DNA from: Macrostomum lignano
Lineage: Eukaryota
DNA length: 64,000 nucleotides
Reading direction: 5' to 3'
Assembly (NCBI GenBank): GCA_002269645.1
Contig: NIVC01002752.1
Coordinates: 79,298-143,297, forward strand
Of this stretch, positions 1 to 13,851 are shown piece after piece. The notes under the pieces were generated by a model that was given only the letters and a program-made list of their open reading frames with translations, searched no databases and had not been told where the DNA came from. The translations under genes and the position numbers were made by a program. Numbering within the stretch: position 1 is the stretch's first letter; each line of letters starts with the position of its first letter.

Positions 1-189
1 CCCTGCGCTGATTTAAAAGTACTTTTTGGGAGTGAAAGCACTTTTTTGAGCACTTTTCATCATCGTATGGCTGTGCCACCCGAGAGTCTGTGTTGCGGTT
101 TATTGCAACTATGATTGCTATTGTTGGTCATGTCCAACTCAACACCAGACAGACAGCCTGCACTTTTGGTCAAAACTTTACTTCATAGG

Positions 190-600
190 TCCGGTTTCTC
201 TAATCTCCCTAATCTATCTATACCTCTCTCCCTCTCCCTCTGTCCCCCTTCTCTCTCTCCCTCTCTCCCTCTCTCCCTCTCTCCCTCTTCCTCTCCGTCC
301 CTCTCTCTCCCTCTCCTTCTCCCTCTATCCCTCTCTCGCTCTCCTTCTCTCCCTCTCCCTCTATCCCTCTCTCGCTCTCCTTCTCTCCCTCTCCCTCTAT
401 CCCTCTCTCCCTCTCCGTCTCTCCCTCTCTCCCTTTCCCTCTCCCTCTCTCCCTCTCCTTCTAATTCTCTCCCTCTCTCCCTCCCGTCTCCCCCTCTCCC
501 TCTTTCCCCCTCTTTCTCTCTCTGCTCCCTTCACCTCTCCGTTTTCACCATTCTCTACATTTTCTTCACTTCGCCTACTCCCAAGTATCACCCTTCGTTC
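190..600. repeat. CT-rich low-complexity tract
   Basis: Near-continuous ctct/ccct sequence; the ORFs 115..639 and 397..591 come from it. Confidence 0.9.
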
Positions 601-2344
601 CCTTGTATTTCTTTTATTTTCTTACTTCTGATCTCATGATCCCACACCTACACTTCTCCATCTCTCATTATATTCCCTATTCCCCATCTCTTTATCGCAC
701 TCTCATCTCATCTTATCCCGCTAGCCCCTCTCCCCGGCTTGCCAGCGCGAGCTGATGACGTGGAAAACACACGAGATGTTGATTCGGGGGTCGCCTGAGG
801 CTTGACGCTCGGCAAGAATCGAGGAGAAACTGGAGGCTGAGCGATGGTGCCAAGGATGAAGAAGGGGGGAGGGGGGGTTGCAAGGCATTGGAGAAAGCTT
901 GATCGATTACTTTCTACCCCACCCCTCTGGACTTCGTTAGCTCACTCCCTAATCTCGCCCTTCACTCTCTCTCTGGGTAGAAACTAACCGATCTCGATAG
1001 GGAAAAAATCCTCCAGGTAAAAATCGATCCGTTCGCTCTTAGATTGTAGGTAATTTTTCTCTTCTCGCCTGACCTGGCTTAGTTCAGAACAATGCTGGGA
1101 TCAATGCAATGCCTATTATTGTATTATACTGCGGGATTAAAGAAGCTGTAGATTAATTTAGCTCTTTGATACTTTTGCTATGGATGCGAAATCATCGAAA
1201 AAGTTTAATTGGTTTTCCTAGAAACAAGAGGTATTTTCTTTTTCAATAGTAGCGTAGTAGCATCTCAAGCATTTTTCCGCCAATTTGCGCATCAGTCTAC
1301 TTACTGATTGCTAAGTAGTGCAGTAGTTTTTATGTGAAATTTTCTTATTAAAAATTGACTTCAAATTTTATTTTAAGCGATCTAAAATAATATTTATGTC
1401 TGTCTGTTTGACTGGTTGCCTATTCAGTTGCGTACTAACCGCGGCAGGCTCTACTTAACTTACAGTGCGACAAGGCTGAGTAATAAGCAGTAAATGCAAG
1501 TCAAGCAGTTAAGAGGACATTGGCAGAGAAGAGCCAATAAAGGGCTGGGCTGCTCGGGTAGGGAACTATCAGGAAAGATTCGGGATGAGACCTGCTGGCT
1601 TAGGAGGCGATCAATCAAGCAGGAAAACTCGATTTAGGCAGCTTCCCAGCCCCCACCCCAACGGTTTGCCTCATCATCTGCGCCACATCCTCTCAAAGCT
1701 TGTTAGAGTCCCCCCATCTCCAGGGCAGCAGGCCAGGTGCTTCCTACATATGAAGGATGAGGGAATATGCCAGCATTAGCCACGCTTGTATCCTTGGTAT
1801 TGTGCCATAGACATTTGTACAGAAGTCAGCCTGACGGTGCGGCATTAAGTCTGGGGCCAGAATGGGGGTGCGACCATAGACTATTTGATCCTTGAACGAG
1901 TCAAAGTTAAAAACTAGAGTTAAAAATTAGCGGACACTTATTCGTTAAGTTTTAATTGCAAGAGCCTACGGTATTCGCTAATTATTTAAGCGGCCATGAC
2001 TCATTGTTTAGCAATTTGACGATCATTATTCACATTTTTAATGCAGAACAATCCATTACTACAAACAATGCATTGTCTGTAGGATCGTCAAACAGAAAAA
2101 CAATGCAAAGAATCAGCGGTCCCAGTGATCGCAGTAAGCTGACCGCTGATTATTTATCCATTGATTGTACGATAATATAAAAGATTGCTTGGCTGCAGAG
2201 GGTCTATGGTCGAAACTCCTTGGGGATTTATACTTCCATTGGCTGGTAAAGTCTATAAATCTGGTGGCATCGTTTGAAATTTATACCGAAATTTGTCTTA
2301 TTTACAGGCAGAGTAGTGCCTGTCAGTGTCTGTGTAATGAGTAT

Positions 2345-2830
2345 GTGTGTCTGCCTGTGTGCGTCTGTCTGTCTGTCTGTCTTAGTGTCTGTCTGTCTGT
2401 CTGTCTGTCTGTCTTAGTGTCTGTCTGTCTGTATGTCTGTCTGTCTGTCTGTCTGTCTTAGTGTCTGTCTGTCTGTATGTCTGTCTGTCTGTCTGTCTGT
2501 CTGTATGTCTGTCTGTCTGTCTGTCTGATTAGTGTCTGTCTGATTAGTGTCTGTCTGATTAGTGTCTGTCTGATTAGTGTTTGTCTGATTAGTGTCTGTC
2601 TGATTAGTGTCTGTCTGATCAGTGTCTGTCTGATCAGTGTCTGTCTGATTAGTGTCTGTCTGATTAGTGTCTGTCTGATTAGTGTCTGTCTGATTAGTGT
2701 CTGTCTGATTTGTGTCTGTCTGATTAGTGTCTGTCTGATTAGTGTCTGTCTGATTTGTGTCTGTCTGATTAGTGTCTGTCTGATTAGTGTCTGTCTGATT
2801 AGTGTCTGTCTGATCAGTGTCTGTCTGATT
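2345..2830. repeat. (TCTG)n microsatellite grading into a 15-bp minisatellite (CTGATTAGTGTCTGT)
   Basis: Units read directly; the ORF repeats LIRQT / LISVC have a 5-aa (15-nt) period. Confidence 0.95.
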
Positions 2831-3727
2831 ATTATCTGTATAATTTTCCTAGTCTGATAGTTCAATAAAGCCTCGTTGACGCACTAAGAAATATAAGAAA
2901 ATAAAAGTACATTTAGTATTCACCCTCCATCTTGTCGGTTTCTTACCTTTTTTCTAGTAAAAGTTGCAGACAAAATTGTGGGAAACAGAAAGTGTGGGAA
3001 GATGGTTGCTTGCTAGCGGTGTCCCACCAGGAGTCTGGGTGCCTACTCGGCGCCAAATTTTATCCCCTGTCCCGTCAGCTCCCCCCCCCCTACTAAGTCG
3101 CTGGGCGGATGAGAAGTTATTGGCTCCCCTGTAGGTGGGCGGATTTTCCTTGACCACTGCACTCTGCACCCTGAGAGACAGCGCGTATCGTTTTTTAGGA
3201 GAACGGGGAAAGTATAGTATGAACTCTCGCGGCAAGACTTTCGCAGTTGTCGCAGGAATTGTCTTGGTTGTTCTGGGTGAATTCCAATGGTTCTTCAGGT
3301 GAATTTTTTTGGTTCTTGTGGGGATTTCCATAGGTTCTTCTGGGGAGTTACTGTGGTTATTTTTCCTAACTCCTGGTTCTTCCTTGTTCCTTGGAATTCC
3401 CGGTTTACTCGGTTTTTGCTTGAAACCGAGCAAGTTACTGGCCTGGCTCGAGGACTGAAACCTTGAGGAAATTCTGTCTGTAAGGAAAAAATCACTTCAA
3501 TGCTACGAGATATCTATGCATATGAGCAGCACAAACCGCATTGAATTTGCAGTATAGAATGTTTCAAACTATTTTGCAAAATTCTCTGCAACCACAATCC
3601 CAAAACTCTCCATTCACCGCGCGCAAAATGTCAGTTTGATTCACTATATGCACGTGCGAGTAGGAGCGGATTAACGAATAAAGGCTGCATAAGTCGAGTG
3701 TTACTAAGCCTAAACTTACTGTATTAA

Positions 3728-4049
<322 letters not shown>

Positions 4050-4359
4050 ATAGCTATTGCTAGAAATTTAACGAACTCAAACTAGGGTAAAGTCAGCCTC
4101 TGCTTTTTTAAGGTAGAGTACGTAGTTCCTTTTTAGGGAGACTGTCGGAGACCAAGTGCCAAGCGACAGAAGATGGCTCTCATAATTTAATGTTGAAGAC
4201 ACTGCACAGCAAAGTCAGGGGTCTGGACTTCCTTTAAGTAAGGGACTGCGGTCAAGTGCTCCCTCCCCCACTGAGAGAGTGCGGGAGAAACTTGGACTTT
4301 GGAGTGTCAGTCTTTCAGCCTTTCAGGCAAGCCATTCTCAAAAGCCATTCACTCATGCC

Positions 4360-4830
4360 GGGGAGTCCCAGAGAGGGAGAGGGGGTCTGCAGCGGAAGGC
4401 TCAGGGAGTCCCAGAGAGGGAGAGAGGGTCTGCAGCGGCAGGCTCAGGGAGTCCCAGAGGCAGGCAGGGTCTGCAGCGGCAGGCTCAGGGAGTCCCAGAG
4501 GGAGAGAGGGTCTGCAGCGGCAGGCTCAGGGAGTCCCAGAGGGAGAGAGGGTCTGCAGCGGCAGGCTCAGGGAGTCCCAGAGGCAGGCAGGGTCTGCAGC
4601 GGCAGGCTCAGGGAGTCCCAGAGGGAGAGAGGGTCTGCAGCGGCAGGCTCAGGGAGTCCCAGAGGGAGGGAGGGTCTGCAGCGGCAGGCTCAGGGAGTCC
4701 CAGAGGCAGGCAGGGTCTGCAGCGGCAGGCTCAGGGAGTCCCAGAGGGAGGGAGGGTCTGCAGCGGCAGACTCAGGGAGTCTCAGAGAGGGAGAGAGGGT
4801 TCGCAGATCCAGGGTCAGGGAGTTCCAGAG
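4360..4830. repeat. 41-bp minisatellite (GGCAGGCTCAGGGAGTCCCAGAGGGAGAGAGGGTCTGCAGC)
   Basis: About 11 tandem copies; the three overlapping ORFs share a 41-aa period. Confidence 0.95.
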
Positions 4831-5635
4831 AGAATTACAGAGCCCTAAAGCAAATAAAAGTGCCCCATAACCATGCTTCTATCCTAAAGCGCTCATGATC
4901 CTCATGCAGGAGTCGCTCTGAATTCGGCTTAAGCCTGAAGCAGAACACGTCCCTTAACTTCTTGTGCCGCTCCAAAGCAGGGATTTTGGTCCCCATCCTG
5001 TCTGTTTGCTCCGCAGACTGGCAGGTGCCGCAGGAGTTCAAGCCAGCCATCATTAATTTAGCAAGCCAGAGGACATTTGCCCAAGGCCCAAATCAATTCC
5101 TCAAAGCTTTGCGGCAGGAACTGCTTACACTGAGCCTAGGTCTGCGCATTGATCTGACAGGGATGGGACTCGAAATTGCCGCTAAAGAAGAAATTTTTCC
5201 CGGCACTCTTTCGCTTCCCGCCTTCCGCAGAAGCAGCGAAGCATCTTCCCGGCTTAGTAGGGATGTCTACTTTATTCTTCATAAGCCTCCTCTGCTATCC
5301 CTCTGTAAGCCCTCTGGCCTGGCGCTTTTTATTGCTTTATAGATTCTGCACCGCTGCACTTGATGGAATTTCGCTCACGTAGTCAGCCTCTCCGCCTCAG
5401 CAGTCAGTCAGTGTGAGCACTTTATACTACTCAGTTCAACAGGAACCCCTAGGTGATCACCGCCCGCCCCTCGTACTTGCTTGTCCATTTTTGCCAAGCC
5501 GCAACTGCTCGCAACTCAGGGCTGGCGCTAATTTGGCTTCCTTTTTAATTCAGATCATTGCGCCTGAGAGCGAAGCTTTACTCCGCCAGCTTATTAGTAC
5601 AAGAAGCTCTTCAAGGCGCTCGAGAATATACTCAC

Positions 5636-7831
5636 TGCTCAGCGCCGCTCGCATGCCAGGAATCCCAACCGCCATTTGATAGTGCAGGCTCTGCCTGTCA
5701 GCCTGGGCATGGGCCAGGCCGCGGGCTCCGCGCGCAACTGAAGCCGCTGGAGTGTTGTTGGGGCTCTGGAAATTGTGCGGAAATCGCTATCAGTTGCTTC
5801 TGATACTGCGCACTTCTGATACAGCGCGCTTCTGATACTGCGCGCTTCTGATACTGCGCGCTTCTGATACAGCGCGCTTCTGATACTGCGCGCTTCTGAT
5901 ACTGCGCGCTTCTGATACTGCGCGCTTCTGATACTGCGCGCTTCTGATACTGCGCGCTTCTGATACTGCGCGCTTCTGATACTGCGCGCTTCTGATACTG
6001 CGCGCTTCTGATACTGCGCGCTTCTGATACTGCGCGCTTCTGATACTGCGCGCTTCTGATACTGCGCGCTTCTGATACTGCGCGCTTCTGATACTGCGCG
6101 CTTCTGATACTGCGCACTTCTGATACTGCACGCTTCCGATACTGCGCGTTTCTGATACTGCGCGCTTCTGATACTGCGCGCTTTTGATACTGCGCGCTTC
6201 TGATACTGCGCGCTTCTGATACTGTGCGCTTCTGATACTGCGCGATTCTGATACTGCGCGCTTCTGATACTGCGCGCTTCTGATACTGCGCGCTTCTGAT
6301 ACTGCGCGCTTCTGATACTGCGCGCTTCTGATAGTGTACCTTGTTGGGTTTAAACCGTTGACTTAGCGGACTGCGGTGCTGCTGCTGCTGCTGCTGCTGC
6401 TGGGCCTGCTGCTGCTGCTGCTGCTGGGCCTGCTGGTACTCCAGCCTGCTGGCCAGTCCAGTCAGACTGTCGTGCAACACCTTCAGATGCGGCGACTCGG
6501 ACAAATCTGTACCATCGTCGACTTTGATGTTGCCGCCATTTGACTTTGCAGTGCCAGTCAGCGCCTGCTGACTGTTGGAAGATATCTGGATTGGAGATGT
6601 TGACAGAGCACGTATTGCTGCAATATTTATTTATCTGAAAATCGATAGACAGAAATCCCGGGATAACAATTGACAACCGTGGAATTCCTGGAATGCCGAA
6701 ATTGACGTCGCCGATTTTCGAGACTGCGCCGCTCGGCCTCCTGTTGGTTGCCGCTGCTGGCTGAACTGAAAATGTTGTTTTTATTCTACTCATAGTAATA
6801 TTGAAGTCATTCTTTTCGAAATGTTTCATTTAATGCGGTATTTTGGGCAACTGGGCTGCTAATGCGTAATAATAAGAGCACAATTCTGAGTCTCAAGGGG
6901 ATGTCAAAGTGAATGCCAACGGATTGTCAAAGTGGGTGTCAGCAGATGTCAAAGTGGGTGTCAGCAGATGTCAAAGTGGGTGCCAGTAGATGTCAAAGTG
7001 GGTGTCAGTAGATGTCAAAGTGGGTGTCAGTAGATGTCAAAGTGGGTGTCAGCAGATGTCAAAGTGGGTGTCAGCAGATGTCAAAGTGGGTGCCAGTAGA
7101 TGTCAAAGTGGGTGTCAGTAGATGTCAAAGTGGGTGTCAGTAGATGTCAAAGTGGGTGTCAGCAGATGTCAAAGTGGGTGTCAGCAGATGTCAAAGTGGG
7201 TGCCAGTAGATGTCAAAGTGGGTGTCAGTAGATGTCAAAGTGGGTGTCAGCAGATGTCAAATTGGGTGTCAGTAGATGTCAAAGTGGGTGTCAGCAGATG
7301 TCAAAGTGGGTGTCAGCAGATGTCAAAGTGGGTGTCAGCAGATGTCAAAGTGGGTCAGCAGATGTCAAAGTGGGTGTCAGCAGATGTCAAAGTGGGTGTC
7401 AGCAGATGTCAAAGTGGGTGTCAGCAGATGTCAAAGTGGGTGCCAGTAGATGTCAAAGTGGGTGTCAGTAGATGTCAAAGTGGGTGTCAGCAGATGTCAA
7501 AGTGGGTGTCAGCAGATGTCAAAGTGGGTGTCAGCAGATGTCAAAGTGGGTGTCAGCAGATGTCAAAGTGGGTGTCAGCAGATGTCAAAGTGGGTGTCAG
7601 CAGATGTCAAAGTGGGTGTCAGCAGATGTCAAATTGAGTGTCAGCAGATGTCAGGGTATTTGTCAGGAGATGCGACAGTGTGTGTCAGGGGATACCTAAG
7701 CGAGGTTAAGATTTCCAATTAAAGTATTCTGTAAACTCACGGCGAGTCTTCCCGACAGCTGTGAGGCTCGACAGGCTCGCCCTCCCTGCTCATCGCTCCG
7801 TCAGGGTTATTTTCCTTAGCAACTATCAGAT
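5636..7831 (-). CDS. Partial spliced gene for an unidentified low-complexity, poly-Gln protein
   Basis: Exon 6617-6340 (..LSESPHLKVLHDSLTGLASRLEYQQAQQQQ..RFKPNK) joins in phase 0, across a GT-AG intron filled by the 16-mer array, to exon 5765-5636 (SPNNTPAASVARGARGLAHAQADRQSLHYQMAVGIPGMRAALS). Further exon-like segments with splice sites lie at 7831-7741 and about 6770-6680. No family recognised and gene ends are unknown. Confidence 0.45.
5797..6332. repeat. 16-bp minisatellite (CTGATACTGCGCGCTT), intronic
   Basis: About 33 copies filling the intron 5766-6339. Confidence 0.95.
6900..7652. repeat. 22-bp minisatellite (GATGTCAAAGTGGGTGTCAGCA)
   Basis: About 34 copies. A short related array (GTCAAAGTGGGATTTCT) lies at about 7900-7995. 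Confidence 0.95.
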
Positions 7832-8359
7832 CTGGAGTGCAAATTTGACTGTCAGAAAGAGTTCCTTCGGCAATAAATACGAGTATATAAAGGGATTTTT
7901 AAAGGGGATTTCTGTGAAAGTGGAATTTCTGTCAAAGTGGGATTTCTATCAAAGTGGGATTTCTGTCAAAGTGGGATTTCTGTCAAAATGGGATTTCGTC
8001 GAATCGTGTTTTTGTTAGGGAGGGATTTCTCAAATTCTCGAGCTTCTCGAGCAGTGCCGAGCTGCCTCTGAGCAGGCTGAGCTTTTCAGTTTCAATCGCT
8101 TTATTTTGTTTTTATGCGGGAAAATTGACAGATTGCAAATCGCTCAGAATCTGTTTAGCATAGATGGATGGCAGGTGTCTGACTCAGATCCCTCAAAAGC
8201 GTTGGCTCACAATTTATCACTATCTCAAAGTCGTCCAATCTATCTTCATAAGGCTGACTTGTACTTTTTTAATTTTTCGTTGAAATGCAGAAAAGCGTTG
8301 CCGTATCAAAATCCCTAGCTTTTGAGTCCTACTCGTGATGGAGCGTGAATCAATGACCC

Positions 8360-8690
8360 AAACTGTCTGACATGAACAGCCTATGACTCAAACTAATTGA
8401 CACAGTCTATGACTTAAACTGTCTATGATTCGAGCTGTCTGACTTAAACTGTCTATGGCTCAAACTGTCTATGACTCAAACTGTCTATGACTCAAACTGT
8501 CTATGACTCAAACTGTCTATGACTCAAACTGTCTATGACTCAAACTGTCTATGACTCACACTGTCTATACCTCAAACTGTCTATGGCTCAAACTGTCTAT
8601 GACTCAAACTGTCTATGACTAAAATCATCTGACTCAAACTATGGCTCTAATTATCTATGACTCAATCTGTCTACATGACTTAAACTGTCT
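8360..8690. repeat. 16-bp minisatellite (ACTCAAACTGTCTATG)
   Basis: Tandem copies with degenerate edges. Confidence 0.9.
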
Positions 8691-9119
8691 AAAAGATAAA
8701 AAAAATCATGACTCATATTTTTCAAAATCAGCGTTCGACTATCAGAAACTCCAGACCAAGTCAGCAGAAGTGTACTTTTATAAGTCGAGGCATTTGCTTT
8801 TTAAAATTGACATCCGCTTCCTGTTGACTGCCAAAGACTGGCTTGGGGGCTCAAATTCTGATCTGCACATCCGCCTTGCTTTATGGCCGGCACTTATCTT
8901 TTGGTGTGGGAGTTTGGACTGGTTTGAGCAATGCGAGAAGTGGCTATAGGTGAGAAGTGACGGAGAATAAGTTCAGACGATCCGTTCGACAGGAAAGGAT
9001 AAGTGATAAGGAAGTGATGAATTGAATAATCAATCCAGTTTCGTAGCTCGCAACAGAGACTGGGAGAATTTCCCCTTGAGTTCTTCGAAGTAGGTGAGAA
9101 TGGTAGTATTTATCAGGTT

Positions 9120-9472
9120 AGTGATAGAGGTAGACATTGGGAGAGAGGTAGTTTTGGGATGAGAGGCAGACATAGAGATAGACATACCGAGAGAGGTGGA
9201 CTTGGGTTGAGAGGTAGACATAGAGCGAGAGGTAGACATAGAGGGAGAGGTAGACATAGAGCGAGAGGTAGACTTAGGGAGAGAGGTAGACTTGGGGTGA
9301 GAGATAGACATACAGGGAGAGGTAGACTTGGATTGAGAGGTATACGTACAGGGAGAGGTAGACTTGGGGTGAGAGGTAGACATAGAGGGAGAGGTAGACA
9401 TAGGGAGAGAGGTAGACTTGGGTTGAGAGGTAGACTTGGGTTGAGAGGTAGACTTGAAGGGAGAGGTAGACA
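9120..9472. repeat. About 18-bp degenerate minisatellite (GAGAGGTAGAC core)
   Basis: Tandem units; source of the ORFs 9030..9575, 9113..9475 and 9159..9515. Confidence 0.85.
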
Positions 9473-10429
9473 CACCGAAAGGAAAAGTTACAGGCAGACA
9501 TGGGGTAAGAAGTAGACAGGAGGCAGCTAGACAGAATGTGAGAGGCAGTTCTGACAGAGCAGGGTCGACTAGCAACTAGAAGAGATCGCAAGGGGAATCC
9601 AGGTAAAGAGCAACGCTTTCTTTCGTTGCCCAACAGAAAAGTGTGCTAGAATTTTAGGCGCGTTGCACTTTCAGAACAGTTGGAGTGGTAGACCGGGCCG
9701 GGGGCGAGGTCAGGCAGCATGAGCTCGCACTCACTCAGGTGAACTTGTCCTCCTGCCGAGGCGAACAGAAATAGAAAGTCGGTGTTCGCGGCTTGAGCTT
9801 TTCACCTTCTTTTCGTTGAGCGGGAGGGAGCTTTATTTTAGAGGCAAACAGACACGGGGAATGGGGTGGAGCAGAGCTGGGAAGTGAAGGGGGAAGCCCC
9901 TGCTTCCGGACTTTTTTGTTAGGCTAAGGGGGAGCATTTAGAGTGAAGGATCCAGGGGGGGGGGTACATTAGCACCTCATTGGTCATTGGGGCAGAAGCA
10001 GCAATATCATTGGAGAGCCTGGGAGTTGCCATGCTTGTCCGATTCGAATTCTCGCACTTTCCTAGAATTCTCGATCTCTGTGTCTCTCTGACTTAAGTGT
10101 CAGCATAATTATCTAAGAGCGACATCTGCGTCCAGTGTGCGATAGAGTGAGTGCAGTTTTATTTATGCTAATTCAATGCTCCCTCAACACTCCAGACCGC
10201 TTTTCGAAGAATAACATTCGGCCGAGTTGTTAGGTGGTCACTTTCTGCTTTCTGTGGCGAATTCCATAGAAACGAAATTTTTGTCTGTCAAGAACTAACA
10301 AACTATTTGAAATTTGATATTTGTTAAACTTTTACTGAACTGTCGTAACTCGCGTGGGAGTTTTCTGTTAAGCACGATTTTAAAAAAGAGGGTGACTGTG
10401 GAAAACAAGGGGAGAAAAGAAAGAAGTAG

Positions 10430-11270
10430 GAAATATGAGTTCATAAGTTTATGAGCGATTCCATGAGAGAGTTCATGATTTACTTTATGAGTGAGTTTAA
10501 GTGAGTTTATGAGTGACTTCCCACATACTAAAAATGGTCTGTCTGTGTCTTTATGACTGACTTTATGAGTGAGTTTTTGAGTGACTTTATGAGTGATTTT
10601 ATGAGTGAGATTATGAGGGAGTTCATGAGTTTATGAGAGAGTTCATGAGTGAGCTCATGAGTGAGTTTATGAGTGCATTTATGAGTGACTTTATGAGTGA
10701 TTTTATGAGTGAGATTATGAGGGAGTTCATGAGTGAGCTCGTGAGTGAGTTTATGAATGAGTTAATGAGTGAGTTAATGAGTGAGTTAATGAGTGAGCTC
10801 ATGAGTGAGTTTATGAATGAGTTTATGAGTGAGTTAATGAGTGAGTTAATGAGTGAGCTCATGAGTGAGTTTATGAATGAGTTTATGAGTGAGTTAATGA
10901 GTGAGCTCATGAGTGAGTTTATGAATGAGTTTATGAGTGAGTTAATGAGTGAGTTAATGAGTGAGCTCATGTGTGAGTTTATGAATGAGTTTATGAGTGA
11001 GTTAATGAGTGAGTTAATGAGTGAGCTCATGAGTGAGTTTATGAATGAGTTTATGAGTGAGTTAATGAGTGAGTTAATGAGTGAGCTCATGAGTGAGTTT
11101 ATGAATGAGTTTATGAGTGAGTTAATGAGTGAGCTCATGAGTGAGTTTATGAATGAGTTTATGAGTGAGTTAATGAGTGAGTTAATGAGTGAGCTCATGA
11201 GTGAGTTTATGAATGAGTTTATGAGTGAGTTAATGAGTGAGTTAATGAGTGAGCTCATGTGTGAGTTTAT
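10430..11270. repeat. 12-bp minisatellite (ATGAGTGAGTTT/A and variants)
   Basis: Tandem 12-mers; the ORFs MSEL/MSEF and INSL have a 4-aa period. Confidence 0.95.
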
Positions 11271-12067
11271 GAACGCATCGCGAGTAATTAGTTAGTTGGC
11301 GAGTGAATAAAAAGGTTCTTGAGCTTTTAAAGCTTTCTCAGAAATAAATATAGAGAAACAACTGACAGTCTCAGTAAGCAAGATTTTATTTTCGTGTCAA
11401 GCACGTACATGTAATTATCCCATCTAAAAAAGTTTGAGTCTTGTATCATCTATCATCTATCACATCCCTGTTGCATCAAAATGTCAGGCGCCAGGCGTAG
11501 CCAGTTCAAATGGCTGCCAGAGCCGAGAAGCCCCCGGCAACCGCCAGAGCGACAATGGCTGACAGGCTGGCAGCGAGTTTCATGCCTGACTTTGGCGGGT
11601 CCGGGCACAGCTGGGGCGGCGTCCAGCTGCCCGGGTCCAGGCCCTTCAGTAGCAGCGTCTCCTGCTCGAAGACAAATGACTGCATCACCAGCTGGCTGGC
11701 GTTGACACTGTCGCGTCTGACAGTCAGGAAGGACAGCGGGTTGGCCCAGACCGCATACGGCACCGTGATGCTGTCGGCTGTCCGCTCGATTATGTTGCCA
11801 GGACTGGAGGACTCCTGCGGCTCCAGCAGGTTCACGAAGAACTGATAAGGCTCCGGTTCGGCCGTCAGCGAGACAGGGATCAGCTCCAGCTTGCCTATGC
11901 CGTACAGCAGTGTCAAACTGCCAGCGGTCTCGTTAGGGTGCACACGCACCTGACCAAATCCAAAGTTGGCGTACCTGCCACAGGTGGGAAATGTTCGATG
12001 GGTCTTTTATCTACTGCGAGATGAGGGGTTTGGGAAAGCTCTGAATCCGTGATATTAATTATTCTAT

Positions 12068-12690
12068 TCACCTCACTCCCGCACCCACCTCACTCCCGCA
12101 CCCACCTCACTCCCGTACCCACCTCACTCCCGCACCCACCTAACTCCCGCACCCATCTCACTGCCGCAACCACCTCACTCCCGCACCCACCTAACTCCCG
12201 CACCCACCCCACTCCTGCACCCACCTCACTCCTGCACCCACCTGAAACCTGCACCCACCTGAAACCTGCACCCACCTGAAACCTGCACCCACCTGAAACC
12301 TGCACCCACCTGAAACCTGCACCCACCTGAAACCTGCACCCACCTGAAACCTGCACCCACCTCACTCCTGCACCCATCTGAAACCTGCACCCACCTCACT
12401 CCTGCACCTACCATCGTCCTGCACCCACCCCACTCCTGCACCCACCTCACTCCTGCACCCACCCCACTCCTGCACCCACCTCACTCCTGCACCCACCTCA
12501 CTCCTGCACCCACCTCACTCCTGAACCCACCTCACTCCTGCACCCACCTCACTCCTGCACCACCCCACTCCTGCACCCACCCACTCGTTCACCCACCTCA
12601 CTCCTGTACCCACCTCACTCCTGCACCCACCTCACTCCCGGACCCACCTCACTCCCAGCCCCACCTCACTCCTGCACCCACCTCACTGCT
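12068..12690 (+). repeat. 17-bp minisatellite (CACCCACCTCACTCCTG), intron 5 of the beta-lactamase-like gene
   Basis: Tandem units; reverse complement of the array at 13200-13851. Confidence 0.95.
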
Positions 12691-13199
12691 CCTTCTATTT
12701 ATTCCACCCACCAATTCTAAATGGCAATGCCCTATATTTAACATCACTCTTCGATAATGTCATCACACTGCAAGCTAAAGGACAAGCAAAAATTCAATAA
12801 TAATTGCTTCTATGAGCAGCGCACCTGCCGGTCAGTAGATTAACCTCGTCACTGGTCAATTTTCGTCGCTGCATTTTGTACACCCTGGGATCGGCTGGTA
12901 TTTTATTGAATATCTCGCAGACGTTGTCCTCTGTCACGAATGAGTGGTTTCTTAGCAGCAAGTCAGCGATGTACTTATTGATAACAGATGCGTAAGCGAC
13001 TTGAAGGGGGGCACTGTCCACCTGTTCCAGGGTCATGTGATTGAAAACGGCCAGGTTCTGACTGGGGAAGATGTCCAACTCGCAGCGCACACCTAGCAGA
13101 GAGCCACCGTGACTGAAATCCAGGTGCCCTGTGCAGGTTGAAAAGCTGCTTTGTGCAACGCTTGAAAATCGTTTTGTTAGCTTGCAAAAGTACAAGGAC

Positions 13200-13851
13200 A
13201 AGGTGGGTGAACGAGTGGGGTGGGTGCAGGAGTGAGGTGGGTACAGGAGTGAGGTGGGTGAACGAGTGGGTGGGTGCAGGAGTGGGGTGGTGCAGGAGTG
13301 AGGTGGGTGCAGGAGTGAGGTGGGTACAGGAGTGAGGTGGGTGAACGAGTGGGTGGGTGCAGGAGTGGGGTGGTGCAGGAGTGAGGTGGGTGCAGGAGTG
13401 AGGTGGGTGCAGGAGTGAGGTGGGTGCAGGAGTGAGGTGAGTGCAGGAGTGAGGTGGGTGCAGGAGTGAGGTGGGTGCAGGAGTGAGGTGGGTACAGGAG
13501 TGAGGTGGGTGCAGGAGTGAGGTGGGTGCAGGAGTGAGGTGGGTGCAGGAGTGAGGTGGGTGCAGGAGTGAGGTGGGTGCAGCAGTGAGGTGGGTGAACG
13601 AATGGGGTGGGTGCAGGAGTGAGGTGATATAGGAGTGACGTGGGTGCAGGAGTGGGGTGAGTGCAGGACGGAGGTGGGTGCAGGAGTGAGTTGGGTGCAG
13701 GAGTGGGGTGGGTGCAGGAGTGGGGTGGGTGCAGGAGTGAGGTGGGTGCAGGAGTGGGGTGGGTACGGGAGTGAGGTGGGTGCAGGAGTGGGGTGGGTGC
13801 AGGAGTGGGGTGGGTGCAGGAGTGGGGTGGGTGCAGGAGTGAGGTGGGTGC
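13200..13851 (-). repeat. 17-bp minisatellite (CAGGAGTGAGGTGGGTG on +), inverted copy of the 12068-12690 family, intron 4
   Basis: The unit is the exact reverse complement of CACCCACCTCACTCCTG. Confidence 0.95.

Noticed and set aside
2954-3479. Minus-strand 159-aa ORF after a good acceptor (possible terminal exon of the poly-Gln gene)
   Set aside because: No recognisable motif, and no in-phase link to upstream exons could be built.
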